Below, piece after piece: positions 21,992 through 35,014 of a DNA stretch of 53,226 nucleotides. A program made the translations under genes and the position numbers. Positions within the stretch are counted from its first letter, which is position 1. Each line of letters begins with the position of its first letter. The notes beneath the pieces were generated by a model that was not told where the DNA came from, made no database searches, and saw only the letters and a list, made by a program, of their open reading frames with translations. Source of the DNA: Octopus bimaculoides. Its lineage: Eukaryota. The stretch lies in contig NC_068988.1 of assembly GCF_001194135.2 (NCBI RefSeq), forward strand, positions 50,489,055 to 50,542,280. Reading direction: 5' to 3'.

Positions 21992-23251
21992 TGGGGTCAT
22001 CCCATAAATAATGTGTTTTTTTAATACATGTATTATTTTTCAAAATTAAGATAAACAAAGTTCTTTTTTAATCTAAAATATAGTCTCCTTCATCTTCTAC
22101 AGTGCTTTTCCATCTATCTGCTAGACTGACAAGGCTCCTCTTCCAAAATTCACTTGTCTATGACGAAAAATACTCCACTGGTACTGTTCTGACTTCATCT
22201 ATAGAATTCATACTTTTTCCTTCCAAATGATATTGAAGACTGTGGAATAAATGATAATCAGATGGTGCAATGTCTGGCAAATATGGTGGATGGAGCATTG
22301 TTTTCCATTCAAACTGCTCCAGCCTTTGGAATGTCATCCTTGCAGTATGTGGCCAAGCATTATCCTGATGGAAGAACACCTTTCGTCTTGAAACCAAAGA
22401 TGATTGTTTTTTCTTCTAGTGCTGACTTAAGCCACTCAAGCTGCTTGCAGTAGATCTCCTTTGTTATCATTTGGTTTGGATTTAAAAGTTCAAAGTAGAC
22501 TAAACCTTTCATATCCTTCCAAACAGATAACAATACCTTATGTGGTTGAAGACCCTCTTTAGTCTGGGATGCAGGTGTTTCTCCTGCACTGTCTTTGGCA
22601 CTTGACATTTTTATAGAGAACCCATTTCTCATCACCATTCACTATTCGGTCCCCAAAATGGTTCATTTGTGAGATGTGACAGCAAAGAAGAGCACTTATT
22701 CACTCTCTGTGCATGATTAGACTCGGAAAGTTTGTGAGGAATCCATTGACCCAATTTGCTGATCTTTCCAATGGCACGCAGGTGTTAATGAATGGTTGAA
22801 TGACCAAATCCAAGCCTCGCTGCTAGTTCCTCAACAGTTACGATGGGATTTTGTTCCACCAGGGTTTGCAGGACATCCTTGTTGAGCTCTACAGATCTTC
22901 CAGAACAAGGCTTGTCTTCTAGGCTGTAGTTACTGGAACCACCATTGACACTGGCTTATGCTTATTGTCCGATCCCTATATACTGCATTAATATTCCTTG
23001 CACTTTCTGTTGCATTGTTGAACTTATAAAGCAAAATATGCCAAATTTGCTCCTTTGTCACTTCCATTATAGCTTTGAAAAAAATAACTGTTAAAATGGA
23101 ACTGCTCTCTTGAAAACTTGCACTAAGAATAAGTATAAGGTAAAATTACTACCTGCTTTTATAGTAAGTTGATGCAGGTAGTTTATCCTGTCCCTCTCTG
23201 ACTTTTAGTTCATACAATTGAAAAAACCACATTATTTATGGGATGACCCAA
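21992..23251 (-). mobile_element. Full-length (1260 bp) mariner DD34D transposon with a disrupted transposase (~23067 to 22068)
   Basis: It has ~29-bp TIRs (GGGTCATCCCATAAATAATGTG..) and is flanked by TA on both sides. The protein reads MEVTKEQIWHILLY..., HQD-NAWPH...HPPYLPDIAPS-DYHLF with 34-residue spacing, and ends EDEGDYILD*. Confidence 0.92.
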
Positions 23252-26169
23252 TATATATATATTAAAGTTATTATTTTAAAGCAAGTTTAATAATAACAGC
23301 AGAACATTTACTTGATGAAGGTACTCAATTCTGAAAATAAAGTAAAATTTATTACAAAACTTAGTTGATTAGAAATTAAAGTTTTCCTGATGACTTCTTC
23401 AACCAGTTGAATAATCTGATTGAAGTCCCAGACAACACAAATTTTATAAAATGTGTGTGTGTGTGTGTGTGTGTGTGAGTGTTTGCTTATATACTTAAGT
23501 ACATACATAAGCCAAAATGCTCAGACACTTACGAATTAAAGACATATGGAATGCTACTGTGTTCTAAACCAATATATGCCAACAATGAAGAACTAACCAA
23601 GGTAATAACCAAAAATATCCAACATCAAGGTGTACAGATAAAGATTTAGAAAATTTTAGCAATGTTGCACCACGTCTCTCTCTCTCTCCATCTCCACCAC
23701 ATTTCATTATAAGTAACACTACATCACCATATCCCCACCTCCACCAGCAAAAGCAGCAGCAGCAACAACAACAGCTACAGGGTAGTCTGAATGAGGTCCC
23801 TTCAAGATGAGAAATCGCAATGATAAAATAGCTTTGGTGATGTGAAGCAGAAATATCTCCCAAGCAAATGATATAATTATAAAGCCGATCCTCTCATTCT
23901 AAATGGTATTATCTTCAATTAGGTTTTTCTACATTACCATCCCCAAAGCTGTTTATCAAACCTTCACCGCCCACTTTTCTCTTTAACTTGTATTCGCTGA
24001 AGCTTTAATTATTTCATTAATTACTCCCTAATTAACATTGTTTTTCATGTAAGAGATACTACACTGAAATTAAAACCTTTGTCAATGTATACTTTAGACA
24101 GAATTGTAATGTTATTCCATAATCAAAACAGCAATGTTATTGGTGTCAGTCTTGATGGTGCTATTGAATAATGAAACACAAGTTCTTCAGCCAAACCAAA
24201 TTTTTAAATAAGTAATAATTAGTAGCTGAAATTATTATCATTTTTACATGTAAATCTTCTTGAGATTATCATGAACATCATAAATTCTTACTTCTATCCA
24301 TTTTGTAAAGATGTGGTTGCTTACTTACCTCACCAAAAAAAGAAAAATATCGAGGCTGGTATAATCTAATGGGTGAGTGATAATGATTTCAGTTTTGGAG
24401 AGAGGGGCAAGTCAATTACTTTGACCCCAATACTGACACTTTTTTTTTTATTAACCGCAAAAGGATGAAAGGCAAAGTTGACTTTGGAGGAAATTGAACT
24501 CAAAATGTAAAGAGTGGAACAAACGCCTCAAGGCATTTTTTGATGCTCTAATGATTCTGCCTGTGCTCCAGTGTCTGCTGTGAGTTCCTACAGCTGAATG
24601 CCCTTTGTACCGCCAACCATTTTGCAGAATATACTGGGTGTCTTTTTTGGGCCAAGTATATTGTTAGCCAAGAACTTATCAATGCACCTTAGTCTCTTCT
24701 ACAATGATTATTTTAATGCCTGCTTTTTCCTGAGTCTGAAGCATGGTAAATTGTCACCTGCCCACCACAGTGGAACAAACAGAATTGATGTCTTAAAACC
24801 ACCTTGATAATGTTTGCCCATGAAGGACATTGGTGATGGTGCCATGTAAAAAGCACCTAGTACATTCTGTTGAGTGGTTGGCACTAGGAAGGGCATCCAG
24901 CTGTTGAAACCAAGGTGTGGCTCCTGCCAAACTGTCCAACCCATGATGAACCCAGTCTTGTGTGACCTTGTCAGTAGGTAACTCATCATTTTCCGATTTG
25001 ACATTATTATTATTCCATCTCAGAAAGTGGCAACTTAAAGTTTTTAGAACGGACAAAATGCTTTGTAGTATTTCTTCCAAATCTCTGCACTCTCAGTTCA
25101 AATCTACCTTTCATTCTTTCAAGATCCATTAAAAAAGTACCACTTTAAGGTAGTGGATTCACAGAGCTGCTAGATTAAGTAAGGTTCTTTGTAGTATATG
25201 TATTGGCCAATGTTAGAGGCCTTTTTCCTAGATAGAAATTAGTGGCTAATACAGATAACACAAGGCATTTTGCTTAACCCTCTAGCAGTTCTGTCAATCT
25301 CTGAATTTGCACTTTTTTTTGCTGACCCTTAAAATGATGAACAGTACAGTTGACTTTGGTGGGATTTGAACTGAGGGCACAGAAAGTTGTCACTATCTGG
25401 CCAAAGGGAAATATTACTTTGCTTGGAAATAGCTGAGGATTGGCAATGGGAAGGGTACCCAGTTATACAAAATCTGTCTCAATGACTTCTGTCCAACTCA
25501 TGCAAGCATGGAAAAGTGGACATTAAACTGATAATGAACAAAATTTATCATCATGTAAATTCGTATGTGTATAGGTGGGTGTATTCTTCCAATACATACA
25601 TATATTAGAAGTGTGTAGAGTCTAATATATATGTGCATACAGTAACTAGTATCATAGACCTATACCTGATAGTTTTGTGCAGTCAATCTTGTTGGTCAGC
25701 TGTATTCATCAGAGGGTTGAAAGAAATAACAGATAATGGATAGTTTTGAACAACATCTAACATCAGAAGCAGTTACTACAGATAATAGTAGTAAATTCTA
25801 TTTGACACCACATGCATCAGGAGGATGTTAAAACAATGAATACAAAAGAACTAAGGCATGTAGTGGTTTGCTGTTTTTATTCATTTATAGAATTGGTGTG
25901 ATGTGACAAATAATATGAAGTTTATCTCTATGCTAGCGGTTCCAGTTCTTTGAACTATTTCTAAATGTTTATGTTCCTTTCAGAATTGCTCACATAATGT
26001 TTTGTGTTTTCTTCTGCACCTCTTGATCTCCGAGCACACTACAAAAGTCATGTACAGTATACTAAATGACTGACAGAATAAATGTTTTGGATTAGATGAT
26101 ATTTTATTGAACACTTAATCAATATACTTTTTTTTTTGTGAAAACTTCAGCTTGATAGATTATGCATTT

Positions 26170-27010
26170 CGTCTTTAGAAGAGCTACATACTTCAGCTTA
26201 TTGCATGTTGCATATTGATTTCTTTGCCTCATTTATATTTTGACTCTTGACAACACTGAACTTCTGCATACACAGTTGAAGCCCACCTTCACAATGTCTT
26301 TGTTAATGATGGCATTTTTTCCGAGATTCCTTCTTAAAAACACTCAAAGAAGACTCTCCGGATGTATTTGATATGAATGACACTTCATGCCATGGGGCAT
26401 GGACTAGCTATTTGATAGTTTTTTTCACTCCTCACTATCTTTCAGTTTTTCTGGTCATGTCTCTTGGAATTTAATGTTTCTATCTACTATACTGTTCCAA
26501 TATCAAGTGACCTTCTTTCAACTTGGAAGCCTGCATAAGCCACAGATCTGGTCTGTTGTTCACAAACCTCATAGAAACTCCCAGTTTAATCTTTCTTCTC
26601 CAAATAAGCATCACCTACTGCTAATACCTTCCTTCTCCAGACCGTCAAGTGACTCTGAAGTCACTAATTACTAGCTTATGTTTAGTGAGGCATTCTACAC
26701 TAAGGAGATACTTAGTGTTCACAACCATTTGGCTATCCAATTTTCTACTGAGCATGAAGTCTATTTGGCTTGCATGTTTTCCTGGGGAGTAGCTGCTCAG
26801 ATGGCTGACTAGTTTTGCTGAAGTTAGTGTTGAAAATGGTTAGGTCACTTACATCAGAAAAATCTAAGACCATTGATTCCTCTCCTGTATAACATAACCA
26901 TAGCTTCCTTGTACAACGGAATAGCCTACATGTCCATTAAAGTCACCAGCCATCAGTCAATAAGGTAGTTTCTGCGAACAAGGATGCTCACGGAAACAGT
27001 ACTTTTGTTT
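26170..27010 (-). mobile_element. RTE LINE AP-endonuclease remnant
   Basis: The minus strand reads LMAGDFNGHVG...DLTIFNTNF..., ASQIDFMLSRK, ECLTKHKLVISDF, with frameshifts. Confidence 0.7.
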
Positions 27011-27079
27011 AGCTGTCAATCCCCATCATAGTAAATATGCAAAAATCATCATTGTGGCCTTGTAGCCTAATAACAAGCC

Positions 27080-27482
27080 TGAGCTTGTGCCGGTGGCACG
27101 TAAATAGGACCATTTGAGCATGATTGTTACCAGCGTCGCCTTACTGGCACTTGTACCAGTGGCACGTAAAAAAAAAACATTCGAGCGAGGTTGTTGCCAG
27201 TACCACTGGACTGGCTCCTGTGAAGGTGGCATGTAAAAAATACCACTTCGAGCGTGGTCGTTGCCAGTACCGCCTGACTGGCCCTTGTACTGGTGGCACG
27301 TAAAAGCACCCACTACACTCTCGGAGTGGTTGGCGTTAGGAAGGGCATCCAGCTGTAGATACTCTGCCAGATCAGATTGGAGCCTGGTGCAGCCATCTCG
27401 TTTGCTAGTCCTCAGTCAACTCGTCCAACCCATGCTAGCATGGAAAGCGGACATTAAACAATGACGATAATGATGATGATGA
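27080..27482 (+). mobile_element. RTE-family 3'UTR/tail copy
   Basis: It has the same tandem units and tail as the 5.6-6.3 kb copy. Shorter tail-only copies are at ~24830-24960, ~31060-31210, ~38540-38710 and ~47320-47370. Confidence 0.7.
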
Positions 27483-27486
27483 TTTA

Positions 27487-27650
27487 AGGTGGGGTGAGTT
27501 GGTAGAATCGTTAGCACGCTGGATGAAATGCTTAGCAGTATTTTGCCCATCGCTATGTTCTGAGTTCAAATTCCTCTATGGTCAACTTTGCCTTTCATCC
27601 TTTTGGGGTCGATAAATTAAGTACCAGTTGCGTACTGGGATCGATGTAAT
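27487..27650 (+). mobile_element. SINE family B
   Basis: It has the head ggtgagttggtagaatcgttagcac and the B box gagttcaaattc. Confidence 0.7.
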
Positions 27651-29231
27651 TATTACGTGTACAATAAGGACAATGATAGAATTCATAGTCCAAACACAAT
27701 TTCAGATCAAAAATATATAATCCACACAGTTGAATGACAGTATAAAAGTTTTTGCATTTATAGCTCACTAGTTCAGTTCTGAAGTTGGCATGTCATTGAA
27801 CACATTGTCCTAGTTCTATGACTGCTGGGATTAAGTTCCAGATGAATCTGGTTCAGTCTCACACAGAATCCTAATTGTTTTGCACTGTTGGATACACACA
27901 ATTGTAACTGTTGCTTCAATTAATCTCACAGAACAAAATACAAACTCTACTCTCAGTTTCACAGTTGTGTGGCTATTAGGAGGAAGGAACATTGGCCACT
28001 TGGTCCAACAAGTATAATATACTACACAGGTAAGTATGGAAAAATAAACATAAAATAGCTGAAAATAAATAACATAAAACATACAAAGAAAACAGTTGAA
28101 AAAACACAATTACTTTCTATTTTTTTTTCTCATTTTCTTTTTCCCTTCATTTTTTTTATTATAAAATCAGTCAGAAATAATAAGGCAGGCAAATTGAATG
28201 GAAGCAAATCAGTTCCTTGTTTCTTCTCTTTTTTTCCTTCTTTTAGCAATAAAAGTATTAATTGGTGTTGTTGCTGTTTTCTATTTAATTGATGATGATT
28301 TTGGTGCAGTTGTTGGTGTGGTTCTTTTCTCTAAGACAATGGTTCTAAATTTTATAAACATAAAAAATAAATGAACTATAGGTCTTTCTGAGCTTTTAAT
28401 GCATTCTAGACAAAAATTTATCAAGATTGCTGGTGAAGGGTTCATTTTTAAAAAAAGGGACAGGGGAAATTTAAAATAAACTCAAAATGAAAACACTAAC
28501 TATTGTTAAATCTAAAGAGACTCAAAAATTTTGAGAAAAAGAAAAGAAAAAGCCTTAGTAATTATTTATTTACACCGGCATGGAACCTTTGGAGGTTTTA
28601 GAGAAGAGAAAGATGTTAGTTTGTAACACTCATGCCTTTCCAAAAGGCATGAGGGGCATTAAATGAATCAGTTTCAATAGGGAATTGAAACCAAAATTGC
28701 AAATTCCATTTGCCATACTAATACAGCAATTGCCAATACTTGAAATAATAATATTAATATTAATAATAATATAAAAATACTTATCGTAACATATCACAAT
28801 GGAATGTTATTATCTTTATTATTTCATGTGAAATTTTTTAAAATAAAAAAATAAAAAAAAAACAATATGTATATAGATATAAAAAATGAAAATTGAAGCT
28901 TTCAGATATTCTTTTCAGCTTTTTTTTTTTGTAGTTGTTTTGTTTTTGCTTTCTTAGAGAAATGAATAACAATCTGTTTCTAAATGTTGACACCAAGACG
29001 TTTCAGAACAGTTCAACATAAGATGTTTTATCCATACTTTTTTCTTTAATATTTCTTCCAAATTTTTTTTTCAACTTTTAAAATTTAATGTGTAATAATA
29101 ATAATATTAAAAGAAAGCATATTTGATGTGTTTCTACCTTTTTCTAAATTTGTTATATTTTCTCCCAATGTTTCCAAAAAATAAACAAAAATTTATAAAG
29201 TTGGAAAGTTGAGAAAAATAGCTAAATCTTT

Positions 29232-29237
29232 TTTATT
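29232..29237 (-). promoter_or_regulatory. Candidate proximal polyadenylation signal (AATAAA) of the light-chain mRNA
   Basis: AATAAA lies ~190 nt after the stop, with a U/GU-rich stretch (tttttgtttattttttgg) ~45-65 nt further on. Other AATAAA candidates exist at ~28.8, 28.56 and 28.15 kb in the AU-rich 3' region. Confidence 0.4.
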
Positions 29238-29423
29238 TAAGATCATCATCATTATTATTATTGTTACTCTTACTGTTGGTATTAATTTTGTGGAGATAAT
29301 TAATGACATTATCATTAAGGAAGAAGACAGATGCTTAGATATTAGGTCAGAGGGCTTGGGGTCACCACTTCCAGATGGAGGTGATGGCCCCCAGGCGAAT
29401 ACGTTGCATAGCGAAAACCCCTT

Positions 29424-29528
29424 TCAATCATCATCTTTGTCTTTCTTGCCATGCTTCAGAATCCGAGTAAATTCTATGTAATCAAAGTTGCCACTTTTGA
29501 TAGGCGCTTCCCGAAATATTTCATCAAC
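29424..29528 (-). CDS. sqh: Non-muscle myosin II regulatory light chain, terminal coding exon (105 nt): [34 protein letters not shown]
   Basis: It follows the acceptor tctattttttag| and matches the family C-terminus ([21 protein letters not shown]). The TGA stop is at 29424-29426, and the intron 29529-33544 is 4016 nt. Confidence 0.97.
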   Translation of the reverse strand, partial: VDEIFREAPIKSGNFDYIEFTRILKHGKKDKDDD

Positions 29529-29679
29529 CTAAAAAATAGAAAACAGAGAGATATATAGAAGTAAATTATAATCATTTGGTACTCATGTATATTTCTGTCA
29601 AAGTATAACAAGATATGTATTTATGTGAATCAGAGTTTGTATGTGTATTTATGAGGTTCTCACAAGTGCTACTGGTCAC

Positions 29680-30140
29680 ATAGAATCCAGTACATGTTGC
29701 ATGGTCAGGCTGTCAGCGACTAAACTGGCACCCCAACCAAGCTACCCTGGTGAGGGGGGTTGCCAGAAACCTAGCAGGATTAAAAACAAGACCTTTTGAA
29801 AGGTTGGATGAACCTAGTGCAGCATCAATGGCTATCTAGCAATAGCATGGGTACACAGAAATTCCGGGATGGTGTCCGGCATGCTGGAAGACCACTGGGA
29901 GGGAGGCACCCCTCAGCTTCTGCTGAAACATGTCTTTAGGAGAAGGTCACTCTGATATAAAACCAGATATGCAGGGAATGGTATTGGACATTTTGGGGAT
30001 CTTTGGTTTGTGCTAGAGATCATGGCGCACCCACATCCCTGAGCCTGCAACTCAGATTGGCACTAGACATCTTGCTCTGGCTTGTCTCTGGACAATGTCA
30101 ACAGAGTGGAAAGGGTCAATGAGGTGTCATGCAAGCCTTA
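29680..30140 (+). mobile_element. Possible RTE-type 5'UTR remnant in the last light-chain intron
   Basis: This is a GC-richer island with a ggagaaggtcactctgatataaaacc-like motif that I recall from RTE 5'UTRs. No ORF is present. Confidence 0.25.
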
Positions 30141-30289
30141 TTAGACCTAAAACTCTGCAGACATTGCTGACCTCTGCTCAATATGTGCTGCTTTTTTTTT
30201 TCTACTTATATCCTAGAATGCACAATGTTCCTGAAGGTCAGCAATGGTCTTCCTCAGTCACAAGTGGACAGCCATCATATATCTATATA

Positions 30290-30610
30290 TTTATTCTTTT
30301 ACCTGTTTCAGTCATTTGACTGTGGCCATGCTGGAGCACAGCCTTTAATTGAAGAAATCAACCCCAGGCTTATTCTATCGGTTCTTTTGCCGAACCACTA
30401 AGTTACGGGGACGTAAACACACCAGCATTGGTTGTCAAGCAATGATGGGGTGGGGGAACAAACACAGACACACACACATAGACGATGGCCTTCTTTCAGT
30501 TTCTGTCTACCAAATCAACTCACAAGGCTTTGGTCAGCCGAAGGCCATAGTACAAGACACATGCCCAAGGTGCCATGCAGTGGGACTGAACCCGGAACCA
30601 TGTGGTTGAT
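30290..30610 (-). mobile_element. SINE family A, intronic copy
   Basis: Reverse-complement match to 1125-1512. Confidence 0.75.
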
Positions 30611-32541
30611 ATATATATTATGATTAAAAAAAGCAGAAAAAGTAATGCCCATGATCTTTTTGCAGGTCCTCTGAGAGGTGTGAGTGAATGAAAGGATGAC
30701 TTGAAGGACCGCATGCTGAAGACCCAGTCTCAATACTTGTAACAGGCTAGAATCTACTTAAGGCATCCTCTGGTTAATAGATGATGTTAAACTGGGCAGT
30801 AGATTAAGTCTACAAACCAAAAGGAGTTACAAGTCATCTACCAGACTTCCACACAGTTTCCATCTACTTAATTTTACTTATAAGGCTTAGGTTGATCTAC
30901 AGCTGTAATTAAAAAAAAAAGCACTTGTCACTGGCGCCCATGAAGTGGGGCCAAAAATGGGCACATGAGATTGCAAAGCATATGTATGTACATGTGAATC
31001 TTTGTCTTGACATGTGATAGTTGTAAACAAGCATTACTGTCATACAAGCAATGTTGTTTGTTTCTAACTTCGGAGCAATATTACCTTGCTTGGAAACAGG
31101 TGAGTGTTGGTGACAGGATGGGCATCCAGCCATAGAAAATCTGTCTCAAAAAATTCTGTCTGACCCTTGCAAGCATTGGTAAGTGGATGTTAAAATGATG
31201 ATGATGATGGTTATATACAGAAATATAAATGTCTTAAGAAATATGACAGACGAGATAATAGAACAGACATGTCGAGAATAGCAAAGTGGAGAGATTAAAG
31301 ACTTTAGTTAAAGTCATTTGCTAAATGTCCTGGCAGAAATGCCAAAAGACAAATCAAGACAAATTAATCCTGAGAAGAATGCAGTCAGCAACAGACAGAC
31401 TTTCAGAGTCAGTGAGGTCTCTGTTGATATTAGTGAAAGTCACCGGATTTATCTGTTGATTAACAAGAGAGTTAATCAAACTTACTGTCTGACAGGAGAA
31501 ATGTCACTTTTCACCTTTGTAAATTCAAATATGCCTTTTTTTCATGCCACTAATACAGTTAATTATTTAATGCTTTCAGAGTAACATCTTCGATAGTACA
31601 GCCGTTACACACACAAACAAACACACATATTCTTAGACGTATTCCAAAACAAGGTCACTGTAACTAATTATGCCTTCAATCAGCAATATACTATGACCTG
31701 CCAATGCACTAACATTGGTTCCTCTCTGTCATTACTACTAATACCACAGACTAATCCTATTTCTTCCATGCTCGCTTGATGCATATTGTGTTCTCCAGTC
31801 ACCATATCAAATGCTAACAGATCCTTCATCAAAAATTGCAAAGATTTCAAAATGTCTTTGGAACTTATAGAGGAAAAAAAAAAAGACACACAAAATCAAA
31901 GACATAAGTAAAAGCTTAAATAGTTTATTTATTGAATACTTCCATTCTTCAAATTCACTCAGTATAGATCAGTGTTCTTTCAGTACAGGCCTAAACATAC
32001 CAAATGATTAAAAAGGTGAATTTTGATAGACTAAAAGTAGGTTTGTGCAAAAGCTAATCTCTCTTTGTCGTCATTCTTTTGCTACATAATCTCAATGTAT
32101 AAAATTTGGTCTTTTAATTGTTTGATATGTTTACATTTGTATTAAAAGAAAAGGAAAATATTCAATGACAGAAAAAAATTTAAAGAGCAGCAGTATTCAA
32201 TAAATAAACTGTTTCACTTGTTAGTTATGTCTTTGATATTGTACCTCTGCAAAACACCTTTATTTTATTTTTGTTTTGTAAGTAAATGTGCTCACCATGT
32301 TTCATTTGCCTTTGTTATTCTGAAGTAGCATAATAAAAGTAACTACACTATAATATATATCCCAAATAATACCCTTTTAAAACTGTATATAAATATTTTC
32401 TAAGACCATTTTCCACAATAATTTTCACAAAAATCTTTCAAAAATTTGGAGATCTGAGTACTGCTTTTGATCTTTTGGCATTCTGATTATACAGCCATTT
32501 GAAATTTGGCCTTTGCACCCTACACTGACGCCCTACTCGGT

Positions 32542-32575
<34 letters not shown>

Positions 32576-32654
32576 NNNNNNNNNNNNNNNNNNNNNNNNN
32601 NNNNNNNNNNNNNNNNNNNNNNNNNNNNNNNNNNNNNNNNNNNNNNNNNNNNNN

Positions 32655-32687
<33 letters not shown>

Positions 32688-33544
32688 GCCATGATGTTTT
32701 AAGGAAGTCAATCAGATTTTTAATTTAGCCTTCTTTGAGAATATTCTGTCAGCTGAGATACTTGATCTTAATCTATTAAAAGAATTTGGTAAAGTGGTAC
32801 TGAAAATCAGGGACAAACTGCTGCTATGCAGAAATGCCAAACACAGACATACACATGTATGCGTATAAATATACACTCTCTGCAGGGTTAACCTGGTACT
32901 TTTGGAATTATCAATCACATAATAAATAGTTAACACACTTTAAAAATGGTATCACAATTTAATGAGATATAAGTATATATAAAAATAGCAGTTGGAAGAA
33001 AAACATAGAAAACAGCAAAACAAAGACAAAAAGCAAGAAGTGGGAAATATATTTTGAAGGGAATTGCATTAAATATGCAAAACTGAAACAAAGCACAAAG
33101 AAAGAAAACTGCTGAGATATCAATAATCTCTTCAAATATTGTACAGATAGATGTGTTTATCTGTCAAAGGCGAGCAATTTTAGCCGTTCAATGGTACATG
33201 AATCCAAATCAAGTTCATAAATTATTGTCACCTCTAAGAACATATATCTGCTAATCATGCAACAAATATTGTCTTTCTATTAGTGTCCAAAAAGGGACAT
33301 AAGTCTGTAGATAGTGCCACTTGCCAGACTTGCATTTAACTTAAGAAACACTTTAGAGCAAAGTTGTAGTAAAAAGCTTCAAAACATCAGTTAGTCTTAA
33401 AAAAGCCATCTTTGCTTTGCAGCTCATTAACAAGCAATGGTCATACCAACAGAATAAACTTAAATCATACATGTATCTACATGTATAGATCAATGGACAT
33501 AATGCATGGTCGTTGATAGTAATAAATGAAGAAAGTTCACTTAC

Positions 33545-33612
33545 ATCTTCATCAGAGAAGCGGTCTCCCATAGTGGTCAGCAGCTCTCGTAGCCTGTCTT
33601 CATGAATGACAC
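33545..33612 (-). CDS. sqh: Non-muscle myosin II regulatory light chain, penultimate coding exon (68 nt, phase 1 to phase 0): (G)[22 protein letters not shown]
   Basis: The translation matches the recalled sqh/MYL9/MYL12 segment G[18 protein letters not shown][TS]DE[ED]. It is bounded by the acceptor ..attatcag| and the donor GAT|gtaagt, and joins the next exon in frame. Confidence 0.96.
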
Positions 33613-35014
33613 CTGATAATAAATAGATTAAACTGGTTTATTCAAAGGAATCACAGCATATCTAGCTTGTAGCAATTTGCCCACACATTTCAATGAAATG
33701 CCCTGAGATATAAGTATGTAAAAATGTGTGTAAACTTATGTGAGCATGTAACTACAAACACACATATTACATCACATGTAAACACATGATTCACAGGAAG
33801 CACACACTCAACACTATATTCTTATAATTTAAGATCATTTGCTACAAAAAAAGAAAAAAAACCCATCGTACTTCCTAAATTTGTTTAAGCTTTCATGGCA
33901 ACTACACAGAGACTGTAACACAAGCCGAGTTTCCTTTACTTCCTTTACTGGTTAAGAAAATACTTAATTTCTGACAGGACACAAATGCAGGCATATAAAC
34001 AGTCCATAATATTTGCCATATCACTCAGGAAATATAAAAGAAAAAACTTAACTGTTACAAGCTCGCAAGTATGACCTGGTAGCTTACACCATACTTTTTC
34101 TAATTTTTCTAATACATATCAAGGGGATGTTTAATGTCTGCTCAAAGACATCCTGTTGATCATCCCACCTATAACCAGTGGCCTATCAAGGATGTGACAG
34201 ATGGATAGAGAAGAGCAGCACCAGCACTGGACTGTTACTCATATTCAGCTGGAGAACATGAATGAAGTGCCTTACTCAAGGACACAAAAGGACACCTGGT
34301 CCAAGAATTAAACACATGACCTCATAATCATGATCCCAACTCCCTAAGCCTTGTGGTTAGAGCATAGAGCTTACAATCATAGGGTTCCCACTGAAAATAC
34401 TGGAGGTTATTTAAGAACTATCCAAGGTGGAACGTTTTGAAGCATGCCTAAAATATCTGAAACTATAACTGTTTCCTCTCTCAACCCCACACAATTTTGT
34501 TTAGCAACTCTCTTGTCATTTATCTCAATCAGTTTGTCTAAAAGTAGGCATAACATGTTCTGGTTTAACACCACCACAAAGTACTTCAGTGTGATTCGCT
34601 AGGTTCTCTGATGCAAGTATTTGGGATCAACTTGTGCCCTCTCCATGGTCCCCCGCCCACACTCTACTCATGTTTTCATGCAGATAGTCAGGCTGTCCTA
34701 ACAATTACATCAATCTGAAACCTGCCTGAAGAAGACCTGCAAGCCATTCGCACAGTAGATGTATGTATGCCTAGCAGTATATACTGGAATGTGTTAAAAT
34801 TTCATACTGGGAAATTCAATGTTACTCTGAGTTTCTTAGTAGGTGTGGGCTTTCAGGCGAAGACCACTTCAAATAAGAAACACGGAGTGGTAAGGTATGC
34901 TGAATTTCACAATTTCAAATACATACTGTCACCCGACAAAGTATTGAGTGCTTTCTTTGAACATCAACCACATAGATAATCTATGACCGCTGCCACCACC
35001 ACCACCAAGTCTAG

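Noticed and set aside
29340-29426. SECIS element (UGA stop followed by a 3'UTR hairpin)
   Set aside because: The hairpin lacks the 5' RUGA / 3' GA non-Watson-Crick quartet and the apical AA motif, and the UGA is at the normal family C-terminus.
29209-29481. 90-aa plus-strand ORF
   Set aside because: It is an antisense shadow of the light-chain terminal exon and UTR.
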